Shown one piece after another: positions 50,951-64,000 of a stretch of 64,000 bases of DNA; position 1 is the stretch's first letter, and the number at the start of each line of letters is the position of its first letter. Where the stretch lies: the NCBI RefSeq assembly GCF_037042905.1, contig NC_087245.1, forward strand, positions 42,100,001 to 42,164,000. Reading direction: 5' to 3'. The position numbers were made by a program, and so were the translations under genes. The notes beneath the pieces are model-generated. The model was not told the origin of the DNA and searched no databases. It saw only the letters and a program-made list of their open reading frames with translations. The stretch comes from Lytechinus pictus (taxonomy: Eukaryota).

Positions 50951-52220
50951 ATCCAGAAGGAAAAACCAGTTCCACTGGACCAGTTAGACCAGTATAATTT
51001 TAACTGGTAATTCTGGAAATTGGAACATCGGTTTACTGGTCTAACTGGTCTTGAATTACGGGAATTTTATACTGGTCTTGTTTCTGGTGGTTGTTACTGG
51101 TCTCACTTGTCTTCATACTGGTATCCAATTTAAGCTGGTCTTTACTGGTACTGGTATGACTGGTCCTCGAACTGGTCGAACTGGTCCTCGTACTGGTCTT
51201 ACTGGATCAATTTAATACTTGCATTTGGTTTGTTATATACCATGGTCAGTGAAATGTGATGGAAAAGATGGTTAGTAAATTAATCTTTCTGCTGTTATTT
51301 TAAATGTGATATATGAAATTACATATTTTCATTGTGAATTAGTTCACACACTTATTTAGAAAGTTTTTAAACAACAATGAGTGCCATTGCAAGGATAAGG
51401 ATATTCCATTCTAAATCCTGATTTTTCTTTTAAAAACAGGAAATATGCAAATGAGGTAAACCACGTGATCAGCATCATCAGAATTACTGGTATTAGTTAC
51501 TGGTCTTGACCAGTTCAATTTCAAACAATTATACTTTAGACCAGTTGACTATATCAGAGGAATATATCTTGCTCTTAATCATAATTAAAGGAAATAATTA
51601 TATTTCAATGATAATGTTGATACTTGATAATTATGATAATATCAATAATAATAATTACAATATCAATAACAATGATAACAGTAATAAGAATGATAACAAC
51701 AATGATCATAATAATAATCATAAAAATAATAATTATGATAATTATAAGAAGAATGATGATAACAATCGATAACGATAATAACTTTCTCTGAATTGCAAGA
51801 TTTATTTTCCATAATTCGTCAAATGATCTGACTTGAAATAAAGTAATTTTTTATTGGACCAGTAACACCAGTTTGATGAAAAACAATTTAACTGATATTA
51901 CTACTCCATGCTTCAATGGAATGTAATCGTTTGAACTGGTCTCCAGTTGATTTTTACTGGTCCAGTTAAAAATCAACTGGTCCAGTAAACATATACTGGA
52001 AACCAGTAAAAATCTACTGGAAACCATTAATTGGACCAGTAACACCAGTTTGATGAAAAACAATTTAACTGGTATTACTAATTGCTTCAACTGGAATGCA
52101 ATTGTTTGAACTGGTCTCCAGTTGATTTTTACTGCTCCAGTTAAAAATCAACTGGCCCAGTAAAAATATACAGGAAACCAGTAAAAATTCTTACTGGTCT
52201 TACTGGTTTTTCCTTCTGGG
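50951..52220. mobile_element. TIR element rich in ACTGG/CCAGT pentamers, with an internal AAT tract and a ~180-bp duplication
   Basis: ccagaaggaaaaaccagt / actggtttttccttctgg TIRs; repeat at ~51855 and ~52031. Confidence 0.75.
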
Positions 52221-52224
52221 TAAG

Positions 52225-52478
52225 TCTAGACTTTAAACCACAAGTTCAAGGGTTGAATCCCACCACACTACTCGAGTCGTTTGGTAAAGCGTTAATCTAC
52301 ATTTGCCACTCTCCACCCAGGTGTAGTAAATGGGTACACGGTAGGAAGGAATTCCTTGAATGCTCAAGCGTTCGATCAGGGTGTGCTAAAGCCGGGGTAA
52401 TGGCACTTAGAGACATTATATTACGCGCTATGAAAAAAATAATGTTATTATTATTATTATTATTATTATCATTATTAT
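52225..52478 (+). mobile_element. 5'-truncated SINE related to 4985-5340
   Basis: Shared tttgccactctccacccaggtg..aaatgggtac core; (TTA)n tail. Confidence 0.8.
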
Positions 52479-53829
52479 GTAGCAAAAAAATACATATGCG
52501 AGATCAGGCGTAAAGTATCTGAAACTTGAGGATGTTTCGATCGCTATTTTCTATTTGGCGATTCCAAGAAACCTGGACCCCCTCCTCTTGAATGTCTCAA
52601 ATCCAAGATTCATTGAAGTTTTTATTGCAGGTTGGTCTAGTATAGGAGGGAAAGATGAAGGAATACTATAGAGATGTGTAAATATAGGCTAATCTGTTGT
52701 TTGAGGGGGGCATTTCCATTGTCCCTTTAACACAGGCGGATAAAAAAAAACCGAGGGGGAAAGAAAGAAAAAAAGAGGAGGAAAAAAAAGAAGAGGAGGA
52801 AGACGAGTGAACAAAATAAGATGAGGGGAAGACTTTAGAAAATTAAAAAAATTTATTTCATATCACTATGCAAAATTTTCGCTCGCGCTTCGCATATTGC
52901 CTGTTAGGTGATTTACATATCTTGCTCAATATGGAGCTGAAATATCAAGTTTGGAAGTCAATATACAAAACATATTTCACCTCGGAAATCGAATTTTCAT
53001 TATTTTGTTTGATTTACAAATTTATTTTTAAAAAGTGTTCTGCAAAAATGTCAGTTTTATGGTCTGAATATGAACATTTTCTGCTCGCGCTGCGCACTCA
53101 CAAAATTTGATTTGTCAGGTATCTATTATTTTCGTGTACTGATTCCATAAAGTTCTCAAAATATACCTATTCAGGCCTGATTGTCAAAACGTATCAGCTA
53201 GCGCTGCACGCTCGCATTATGTATATCTCAAAATAATAACAAACCAGTTAAAATCCTATTTCGGCTCGCATTAATTGTTAAAAATACAACAATTCATGCA
53301 TCCTATCTATAATTAAAAAAGTGCTTGAAATGTCCAGTTTTCAGGTCATAATATTAACAAATGGGCAAATTTCGCGCTCTTAATAGGATATAGCTTTAAT
53401 AATTAAATTGTCCCTTTTCAGAATGGAATATCGACAAGTTTCATCTCGCGCTTAGAAATAGAAATATGAAGATAGATCATCAGTTTCATGTGATCACAAA
53501 ATGTCCTTAGGATTTCCCAGTCCTATATATGTCAAAATTGAAAGTAATATTCATGAAAAATATCAGCTCTTTATTGAGTGCGATCCAAATCCACCTCACA
53601 ATTTCCCTACAAAGTGCTTGAAATATAGAGCTTAAATTATCCAGTTTCAGATCGGAATATCAAATAATTTAAGCACGCGCTTCGCGCTCGCTTTATTGAT
53701 TTTCATAATGCAAAATATCATTTAGAATGCCCATATATAGTAGGCCTAAATCTGAAACACGCGCGCGCATGATTATTCAGATTCTCAGCTTGTTCTATAA
53801 GTTTCAGGTATTTATTGTAAAATTTGTAA

Positions 53830-54783
53830 AAAATTGACATTTTGTATAATTCAAACAATAAAATACAAAATAAATAATGAGTGAGGGACATCATCAACTC
53901 TCTCATTCGTATGTCACTAAGATAAGATAAGACAAGATTGATTTTATTTATACACGGTTAAAAAGCCCAAACAGTTCACAGACTGATTTCCATTGGGGCC
54001 GTGTGGAACATAATATACAATTGACATAGTAAACATTTTAAAACCAGTGTTTAACGAACAATATATATGAAAAGAATATGTTAACCTAAACAGAAGCATC
54101 AATGAAATATTACAAAGGAATCATTGAAAGGTGAAGAGGAGGAGAGGAGAAGAAAAAAGGAAGACGAAGAAGGGAAAAGTGAGAAGGAGAAGAAGAGGAC
54201 AACGGAGAAGATAACAGAAGAAGAAAAGAAGAAAAAAGAATAAAATGATAAGAAGGCGAAGAAATTATATACCGTTCTCAAAAACATACAACATGAAATG
54301 TCTATCGGTAATTCGAACAAAGCGGTGCATACATGGTAATAGTAAATGTGAACATTAAAAAGTAAAATGTCAAATAATGGACAATCGAGCACATGAAAAT
54401 GAATACATGATTTATCAATGTTAAAAGCTATACATATAATAATGACTGCAAAATTTATGATAACTAAACATACACTGAACATAATTATAAAGTATTAAAA
54501 ACTTGGTTAATACTGAAGCTTGCCATATATAAAGCAAAACATATGAAATGATTGGAAAATATTACATGTACTTGGAACAGTAAATATAAATCGTCTGCTG
54601 ATGTTTGATAAAAACAATTAATCAATTAAACTGAGTTCTGCATATAACTATTTTGTGAATTAAATAAGCGAAACTTTAAGGTGTCACAACTTTCTTATTT
54701 TACATCCGATTTTGTTGAAATTTCCAACATCATGCTTACTCTATTGATTCAAATCAACCATTTTCTGGGGTGGACTTGACCTT
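53830..54783. mobile_element. Partial MITE (family of 8235) interrupted by a reverse LINE-like 3' tail (~53918-54630)
   Basis: MITE sequence stops at gtcactaag and resumes at actgagtt..gcatataac; ends ggtggacttgacctttaa; insert starts with (AAGAT)n. Confidence 0.65.
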
Positions 54784-55941
54784 TAACTCGCATTGATAGT
54801 ATGTTTTATTTTGACTGGTGTTATGTTTACTAAGTGTGGTATATATTTTAGCACTTGCCCCAAGCGCCGTTTGTCCTAGATACACTACGGGGGGGGGGGG
54901 GAGGGGCACATGATTTGTTTACGCCCCCCCCCCCAAGGTTATCACCACTTATCGGGACCTTTTTCCGAACAAAAAAAAATGTCGAACAAGCACACACACA
55001 TGCATACACCATCACATAGGTCAACTCACAAAAGGCTATATGTTCCAGTGACAATTCCCGTGACAATGACTATGCTGTAAATTGGTGTAAATTGCTTTGA
55101 TACCTGGGTCTGAATTAACAAACTAACAGTCCAGCGAGATCGAAAAGCTTCTTTACCAAGAAAAAAGTTAATTTTCAGTAAGCTAGGTAGTTCCCTGCAT
55201 AGATAAAGTGTTGAGGAGGCATACCCAGCAAGTGACGTCATGGCCGTTAATCATATGCCTACGTCACCCCATCGTACAACTAGCGTGTAAACATCGAAGC
55301 CATGCAACACAAAATTTGTGGTTTCCACGCGGAATTTCCCAGGAATTTTGACCGTTAGCTTTCGTGAATAAAGATTACTTTATTATGAAGCCCCTGACCA
55401 TGGTCATGCCACATAAGGGAAGGGGCTTTTAGAACATTTCTTTGTTTATTTTCTGCAAAATTTGTGGGATTTCCCAGCCAGACGGAGTCCGTTTTTTTCA
55501 ACTCGTTCAAAAAAGAGGCATCAACGAGCTTCTACCAAAGCCGTCGCTGCTCCGAGCTTCCTCCATCTCGTTTGTGTGTAATGTGATGGGCGCTGGGTTG
55601 TGGAAGCCAGAATCAGAGAAGACTCGAGAATGCCACGTCAAAAACAATCTAATCCAAGGGGGCTAAAACGTGAGTTTTTCTGAGTTGTCATAATTCAATT
55701 TTCTAGTGTTTTCTGTTACCGTTGCTGATAATTACGAGGCTTATGATTTTATGAATATTTGATTTCAATGCTAAACAATTTACAGGGTATTATTATTAAA
55801 CGAACGACACTCAACAGTAACGTTCGGCCGAGAAAAGTTCTTTCAAAAATTTAGATAGCTTGGCCTTGGCCCTTGTTTTGGGACATGTGGGATTTATGAT
55901 GGGGAATTGGGGATCATGCATGTTTTTTCAAATAATAAAAA

Positions 55942-56120
55942 CCTGGTGGGTGTTTCATAAAGCTGTTCGTAAGTTAAGAACGACTTTAAGAACAACTGGT
56001 AATCCTTTCTTGTGGTAAATGGTATTTTTATTGGCAATGCTTTAGCACGTAAGAAAGGATCACCAGTCGTTCTTAAAGTCGCTCTTAACTTACGAACAGC
56101 TTTATGAAACACCCACCAGG
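55942..56120. mobile_element. Palindromic MITE
   Basis: cctggtgggtgtttcataaagctgttcgtaag...cttacgaacagctttatgaaacacccaccagg. Confidence 0.85.
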
Positions 56121-57424
56121 CCTTTGACAATTTTGATAATTGAACAGGTTGTCTTGCTCTTTAGACTCTTAGTCTTAATTTGTTAAAAATATTCTAGAGA
56201 TCATTTAACCAAGAAAAAATATCACTAAACGAAAATCCTGCTGTGTTTTCTGAACTCCTCTTGATTTTATCACCCAATGTGGAAGTCTTCCTAAAGCTAC
56301 ATACATGTAGGCATGCACTTGATTTATCATGTTAATCATGCAAAGCGAATTTGTATTTTCTGTAGACCTACCTAGGTTTAAAAAATATGTTCATGTTATT
56401 CAATAGTCAATACAAGATAATGTTGCAGAGAATGAAACTTTTGCAAACGTGACTGAATTTATTTAAAAGCAAATTTGGCTGGATCCAGGTCACTTTTGAC
56501 AACTTGTTCCGGCCGCCCCACCAGAAAAATTAGGTGCCTGGTTGTCCAATGTATTATGAATCGATCGTACAACAATCAAGGCTCGGATCACAATTTTTTT
56601 GGACAAATTATCATTTTTTATTATTATTTTATTTGGCAGAATATCAAACAAGTCAAATACAATGATAAAAAATAATTGTTACAATAATACAGTAACACAA
56701 AAATAATTAAACACTGGATTCACCTGGATGAGCTGCTCGGCATTGGGCAAAGTTAACCAAATAACTATAGTCCGCGGACCGCCCTAACCCATAAATGTTT
56801 GTATTGTATTGCGCTAATTGATTCCTAGTACTAATATTATTACATTGTTCAAGTAATAACCAAAGTTTTAGCAGTGCATAAATGTTGCTATCAATTTCCT
56901 TGCCAAATTCCATCATAATAAAATATAAACCCCAACCCTATAGTAAGATTAATATTAAAATACAACAAATCCATTGAAAATTTGAAATCATAGTTAAGAA
57001 AAACATTGCCATTGATATCGGGCCTATCCATTCACTTACAAACCTTTGTCACCAAAATAATGATCCACGTGCGATTCATACCCCATTGGACTACTTGGCA
57101 TTTTGCGGCGGGGTTTGATTTGTCCAAAGCGCCAAGTTAGCTGGCACCCTTTTGGCTTTACCTGTAGCATACAATCGCCTGATCGCCTGTATAAAGCTTC
57201 AAGTATGAAGGACACGGGTCTACGCCGAAGAAAACTCATATTTTAATCTGATTTATAGAATGAAACCCAGAAAATCAAAAGCAGACTCTGAAAATATATA
57301 TTTTCAATTGTTACAAGGTCTGCCAAATGGAATGAAGGAATTTTGAAAGGAAGTGTTAACTTAATAGCATACAGTATTATTGATCTATTCTGTACTATTA
57401 AAGAAACAATAAATGATGAATCTT

Positions 57425-57870
57425 TGACACCGTTCTCATTATGCTTTCTAAAATTAGTTTACTGGAAACCGGTTCAGGAAACCAGTTTGGAAGATTGCTT
57501 TGCTAGCGTTCCCATTTGATCACACGAAAGTGGTTTTCAAAATCACTTCACATAAAGCGATCTTGTTGCTATGGAAATGCTCTCAGTGGGGTAACACGTT
57601 TCGCGCAAAATTCGAAACTGCAGCATAGGCATTCTACACCTGTCATGTGGAGTAGCGCACTCAAAATGTGCGAAGATTGCTTCCCGAAGAATGGTTGTGT
57701 CCTCACGTTAAAACCAGTTTAACGAGGCAAAGCGATCTTGAAAACTAAATTGTGAGGTGGTTTTCTGAACCAGTTTGGAAGATTACTTCCAAGATCACTT
57801 CGACCGTTCTTGTTACACGTTAAACAAGTTTCCACTTAACTAGTTTTAGGAAGGTAGTGAGAACAGTGTC
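57425..57870. mobile_element. MITE
   Basis: gacaccgttctca...tgagaacagtgtc imperfect TIRs. Confidence 0.65.
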
Positions 57871-58289
57871 TTTGATTCATGGTTTCTTACTTAAAAACTT
57901 TATGCCATGTAGTGGAATTCCATCACTATGATAACAGGGATGTTTCCCTTATTTCCTTGATGCTAATGTTGGATGGACCCGTATTTAGGAAGTATTTTAT
58001 TTTAAGCATTTATGAATTTGTGAATTAAAATATGTTAGCATCTTACCTGGTAATTAGTTAAAAGAGAAGAGCTTTTTTCAAGCAGACAACATACCTGTTG
58101 TGTTTTAAAAATAAAGAATGTTTACATTTTATTCTAGTATGTTGTATTTAGCAAACATTACAGCATCTGCATTCAGATCTTCAGCTTGTGACAGACCAAT
58201 CTTGAGGGTTGAGACTTGAGGTACTGTGTATGCAGATGTTCATCAACATTTATTGTCTGAATACTTTCCTCAATCTTTATTGGCTTTAA

Positions 58290-58776
58290 AGGACAAGTCC
58301 ACCCCAACAAAAAGTTGATTTGAAAATTTTGAATAATTTAAGGAGAAGATTTCTTCAAAATTTGATGTGAAATAAGAAAGTTGTGATATTTTAAAGTTTT
58401 GCTCAATTTCATAAATCAGTTATACAATGTATACCGCACACATCCTGGATGATGATGTCATCCACTCACTATTTCTTTTGTATTTTATTATGAAATGTGA
58501 AATATTTTAATTTTTCCTCATAGTCATGTGAATTTGTGAAACAAGTTTTGTTCCTCCCTGAACATGTCATGTTAGTCCTTATTGTCACATTGGTAAAGAT
58601 TGAAAAATGGAATAATTCAAACAATAAAAAACAAAAGAAATAGTGAGTGAGGGACATCATGGACTCTCTCATTTGCATATCACTGAGTTGTGCATACCGG
58701 TAACTGTTTTGTGAAAAATGAGCGAAGCTTTAAAATGTCATAACTTTCTTATTTTCTGATTTCTGTGGTGGACTTG
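58290..58776. mobile_element. MITE, family of 8235
   Basis: ttaa|aggacaagtccacccc start; ggtggacttg end. Confidence 0.8.
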
Positions 58777-59325
58777 AAGTGCCTGGGAGGTAAACTGGGA
58801 CTTGACAGATAAAATGCCTAAGTCCTTTCATGACATAATCCCCACATAGCCTGTGATATAAGAAAGGAAAAGGTTGTTGGAGATGGAGAAAGATGAAAGA
58901 GGAAGAAGGGGGGGGGGGGGCTTGGAGATAAGAGTATTAAATAATGATCATCATAAAACATCAGGCGACATTCACTGGTTTTGCTCAGCTCTAAGACAAT
59001 ACTTGTCGTCGTCGCTGGAGAAGAGTGGAGACTGCAAAATCACCACCAACACCAGTCGGCAGTGCTCTTGTCGGCATGGCAACAACCATTATTGCTTGGA
59101 AATAGAGAGCACGGTCTGGTTTAATGCTGGTACACTTTACTTGCTGACTCCTGAGAATATCACAAATATGTGACCTAAGCAGAGTCTGTAAAGAGATGTT
59201 GGGATTTGTGGCTTGTGGTGTTGAGCATTGTGGGTAATATGAATTCATTTTATTCATTACTGCTGCCACCCATCCATGTCTAGCTTGATGTGAAAACTAC
59301 ATTGTAGTTTTGCAATTTATTTTAA

Positions 59326-59799
59326 AGGGGAAGTTCACCCTGAAGAATAGGTTGTTGTAAAAATAGCAGAAAAAATGTTTAAAACTATTGGTCACAGTTT
59401 GAGGAAAATCCGTTAAAGATTAAGAAAGTTATTAGAATTTTAAGTTTTGGATTTGTGACAACATAAACGAGCAGCTGCATGAATTTCATTTTTTTTTTCA
59501 TCTTTTCAAATTTTCATGATCGAGTGAAAAATGATATGTCTATTGATATATAAAAGGTACAGTAAAACCCATTTTCAATTAACTGAGAAAATGACTATTC
59601 ATTTATTTTTTTACCATTAGCTACATGTATTATGTAGAAATGTTGCTCGCATAATGATGTCATGAATCAAGTACTAGTAATTAAAATTCTAATAACTTTT
59701 TAATTCTTTGATGGATTTTTCTCAAACCTTCGGCAATATTTTTAATGATTTTTTCCTGCTATTTTTACAATAAACTTTTTGTCAGGGTGAATTTCCCCT
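59326..59799. mobile_element. TTAA-flanked MITE, family of 18546
   Basis: ttaa|aggggaagttcaccctg...cagggtgaatttcccct|ttaa. Confidence 0.88.
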
Positions 59800-60453
59800 T
59801 TAAAAAGTTGCCTCTTTCATTTCATGTACAAGTATTATAAGAGCTCTGGGTATCCTTCATGTACATGTATTAGTTATCAGTGAAATTTGGATGATTTACT
59901 TGCTTATAAATACTTGTTTTTAGAATAAGATTTTGGGACTTTCACGGATTTCACTTGAAAATAATCATACATGCAGCTGCATATCAAATTGTATGTGTTT
60001 TCAAAAATTACATTATTTCAATTTAATTGGTTCTAAACATCAAATAGGCCTACACATTTCCATGTGACTGTACTGTATGTGACTCGACATATACTTTCAT
60101 TTTCTGAATGATTTCTACTTTCATTTTTTTTCTTTTACTATTCAGCCCATAGTGATAGGAAATTATTTTTGAAAATTCAGGTAGATACATGTATATGTTA
60201 ATATGTACACTACTGAGTTTATATAAAATGTATAATTAAAGCAGCCTACACACTTTTATTCATAGAATACTTGAATTAAGAGAAAAAATAATTGCAAAAT
60301 ATTTGTACTTTTAGTCATTGAATTTATTAAAGGTGAAGTGAATTAATAGATGCTAAAATCTGTAGGAATGTTACTTCAAAATTTTCTTTACATAATGTTG
60401 GTTTTTAGTTTTACATCTATAGAAAGTACTTTGCATGTGAAACAAAATCAATA

Positions 60454-60624
60454 ATACCTTGGTCACATTTGCTCTACGGCGGTCGTACGGCGAGTTGAAA
60501 ACAGCCGTTTTAACATTTTTTGTACGAACTACATATAGTTCGTTTGAATTAAAATTAATAAAAAATAAAACGGCTGTTTTTTACTCGCCGTACGGCCGCC
60601 ATAGAGCAAATGTGACGAAGGTAT
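60454..60624. mobile_element. Palindromic MITE
   Basis: ataccttggtcacatttgctctacggc...gccatagagcaaatgtgacgaaggtat. Confidence 0.8.
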
Positions 60625-61129
60625 AAAGGTGATTATTTTTAACCAAAAATTTAAGGTGCAAGAATAGGAAGTGTTATAACCTGTGACATGGCATGAAAGG
60701 CTTAGACCAGCACAGTTGAGTTAACATGTACTCCATTACGTTTGTGTAATTTGCAGTGGGATGAAATTGAACTATGGACTTTGCTTTTATATAATCAGAA
60801 CAAATATGTAAGTGAACAGGTGATATTTACTTTTCCAATATGGAGTTCCAATGTAATCTGTTGGTGATATCCTTCTGAGTGTGTTACAGATAATGGGGGA
60901 TGGGGAGTGGGGTGGTAAGAGGCCCCTGCCGAATAGAGCTCTATTATATGTAGGCCTAAAAGTATACTCCACCCGACTTTGTTTGCTTTCTCGCTTTTGA
61001 TTAACTTACTTTGTGTCATAAAATTGACAAAGTACGTCAGTGGTATTTCTCCTCGATGTCTAATTTACCTGCAGTGTAATATGCACAACCATGAAAATGA
61101 AAACTAATTCATAAAAAAGATGGAAATAT

Positions 61130-61581
61130 TATACAAATAATGAATGTTTATGAGTGCAATGGACAGAATACTTCATGAGGTGAAAGATGAAATGATCCAT
61201 TCAACGAGGCGTAGCCGAGTTGAATGGATCATTATTTCATCTTTCGCCGAATGAAGTATTCTGTCCATTGCACGAATGAAAAAACATTCATTATTTGGTT
61301 TATATGACACATAAAAATTGTTTTTTTTTTTCATGAGAGATTTATGAATTTCGATGCAAGACATGCTCAAGCAGTGCGAGTTCGGTCTGTTGATTGTTAC
61401 GTCATTACAACGTGCGTATTTATTTGTCTATGAGCTGTTTCGGTGCGCGCGTGCAATGGACAAAATTGTCCGATGAATGGATACAAAATTGCACGATTGA
61501 TGACGTCATTGCAAAATGGGCTGAATTAACGATATCAAACAACCAATCAAATCGCAAGGATCTATCTAGGTGTCATATAAA
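61130..61581. mobile_element. Non-autonomous element with a long terminal hairpin (Crypton-like architecture)
   Basis: ~165-bp palindrome centred on cgaggcgtagccgag, plus tttatatgacac / gtgtcatataaa inverted pair. Confidence 0.55.
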
Positions 61582-62942
61582 GGCCTATTTATCAAATTTA
61601 TGAATTTGATTTGCTTATATTTGACTTGATTATGGTCACAAGTACAGGGGGGGGGGGTCACCTTTATTATTACTCTGAGGAAAGCATATGGGTGGGGGTG
61701 GTTCTAAGTTCTATTTAACTTTTGTGTCAACTTTACTCCAAAATGGAACCCAGAATATTCACTGAAAAGAAGAAAAAAAAGGCAGATATTAAATTTTATG
61801 ACTTTGAATCGCTTATTTGACTTGATTATGAACACAAGCATGATGGGGGGGGGGGTGTAGTCACCTTTCAGTTTTGAGGGTGGGATAGGGGGTGGGTGTT
61901 TATCAAAATTCTGTTTAACTTTTGTGTCTACTTTACTCCGAAAATGAATTGGCTTCCTATTGAACAACATACTCTTGTTCCAGTGACTCACTGTTGCCAT
62001 ACACTTTTCAGACCTTTAGAAAAAGATTCTATGCAAAAGATCCTCCCATTGGCTTTCTCCCCACTCTTTCTCTTTTTCTATTGTGATTTTGAAAAGAGAG
62101 GAATTCTCAACGTTTTAGTTGAGTGCAGGGAACGCTGAAAGGAAATGCTGGTGAATGAAACACAAATTTGGCTGCATCATCGTGCATGTCTGTGTTTCTG
62201 AAGCCATCCATGTCCGTAATATTCTTTTTTAATTCTAGCGCGCTACATTTTTATATCCGTTCCTATTGGGCTGATAATACTTGTATAGGTCATTATAAAT
62301 CGGTCAAAATAATGAATTTAAATATGCAGTATTATGGTGATATTGTTTTTGCTTTGTTTGATTTTTTAAAATTGAATTGTTAAACTTAAAAATCTTTCCC
62401 AAATTTCCTTCAAGTCCTCCCCCCTTCATATCAAATGTTTTTTTATTTCCACTTTGAGAATTACCAATGTATGAAATGAAACAAAGCACTGGTGCTTTTC
62501 TTCAAATATTCATTTAAAATGAGAAGTTGCCCCAAGAATTTATGGGAGCTCCACCCATTTATGATCCACCCCTATTTTCAATAGATCTATGGTGCTTTGG
62601 GGAATTAGAGGGATGGTTTTCCCCTCTTTTTCCCCTGCATTTCATTGTTGAAATGGTTGTGGCAGTTTTTTCGACCCACCTGTGTACTGTATTTATATAA
62701 AGAGCGGCTTCGCTTGACTGAATTTAGAGTCTAGCGCACTCGTCATAATGTTTGCTGAACTGTTTGTAGATAAAATTTGTGAAAAGATTCACGCGTTTGG
62801 CTGCTGGTTTTTTTTAAAGATCAGAAAGACCCAGACCTAACCTAAAAGTGAAAATGACAAATCATTAATCGTATACCAATCAAAATCTCAAATTACCAAA
62901 CAAATGCATTTTCACCACTTACCACCTGAGGAATTGGCTTAA

Positions 62943-63468
62943 AGGACATGTCCACCCCAACAACAAGTTGATTTGAATAAAAAGAGGAAAATCTAACAAG
63001 CATAACGCTGATGAATAAGAAAGTTATGCCATTTTTATGATTTGCTTGATTTCACCAAGCAGTTCTATGCACATCCTGGTTGGTATGCAAATGAGGGAAC
63101 TATAACATCACTCTCTTAATACTATTTCATTTGTATTTTATTATAAGAAATATGAAATATTCTAATTTTCTCCCCATTATCCTGTAATTTAATGTTTCAT
63201 TTCTCCCTGAACATGTAGAATTACCATTGTTTAACATTGTATGGGTAAGTCAAGTTTGTCCTTATTGTCACATTTGTAAGAATTGAAGTAGTGTAGGTAA
63301 TTCAAACAATAAATAACAAAAGAAATAGTGAGTGAACAACATCGATTCTCTCATTTGCTTGAGACTAAATTGTGTATGTAACCATTTTGAGAAAAATATT
63401 ATTAAGCGAAACTTAAAAATGTCATAACTTTCTTATTTTACATCCGACTTTGATGGTGGACTTGACCT
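62943..63468. mobile_element. MITE, family of 8235
   Basis: ttaa|aggacatgtccacccc...ggtggacttgacct. Confidence 0.8.
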
Positions 63469-64000
63469 TTCAGAATAGCTCCAATTATCGGGCTTTGAGT
63501 ATAGGCTTTCATGCTTTTCACCGGCCTCAAGACCATGGCGTCGTGTTAAGCATTGTGGTTCTATACATGTACATGTAGGTTTGTACACAGAAAAACTGGA
63601 TGATTTTTCTCACTTATTTCTGCTTTTGAGCGAACACATTTTGTTTTCTTCACTTCTATCACATGGAGATATCATAAATATCTTTTCCTGCAAGCCTGAA
63701 TTCATGAAATCTACAGCTTTGGTCTACCGGTAGTTTTACTATTCCCTCATATTTGGCAAAGCTTTCAAATTCTATTTTTGTGAGAGGGGAGAATTAAAGG
63801 CATGCCATTTTAGTATACATGTAGCCTTATTTTATTGTAATTAAAACGTATGTATAATGTACAACTTGATGAAAGCTCAATTATAGTTTCACTAGTTTGT
63901 ACCTAGATCATGTATGTATACATGGAGTAACAACAATGTAGGCCTATGTTTTTTTTTATTTCAATACATACAGTACATGTAACCGTACCCCAATTTAATA

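Noticed and set aside
58874..59269. Protein-coding ORFs on either strand
   Set aside because: No recognisable motif and no convincing exon chain.

Overview
AT-rich, intron-rich animal genomic DNA. The tRNA-derived SINEs and TTAA-flanked MITE families suggest a sea urchin (inference). Two minus-strand genes can be rebuilt exon by exon with GT-AG boundaries and consistent phases. HMG-CoA lyase (HMGCL) is complete: 7 coding exons, 50097->27848, 330 aa, N-terminal mitochondrial-type leader and C-terminal SKL. Phosphatidylserine synthase 1 (PTDSS1) has 12 coding exons, 21257->555, and continues past the window start. Introns and intergenic DNA are filled with non-autonomous transposons (often nested), SINEs, LINE and Gypsy remnants, and a ~120-bp satellite of ~55 units in HMGCL intron 3. 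I found no new protein-coding system. The most unusual signal is repeated splice-site duplication in PTDSS1: a 148-bp tandem array of the exon-5 acceptor plus partial exon, a ~110-bp tandem duplication of the exon-9 acceptor, and a SINE whose target-site duplication copied the exon-9 donor. There is also a candidate phase-compatible alternative first exon.
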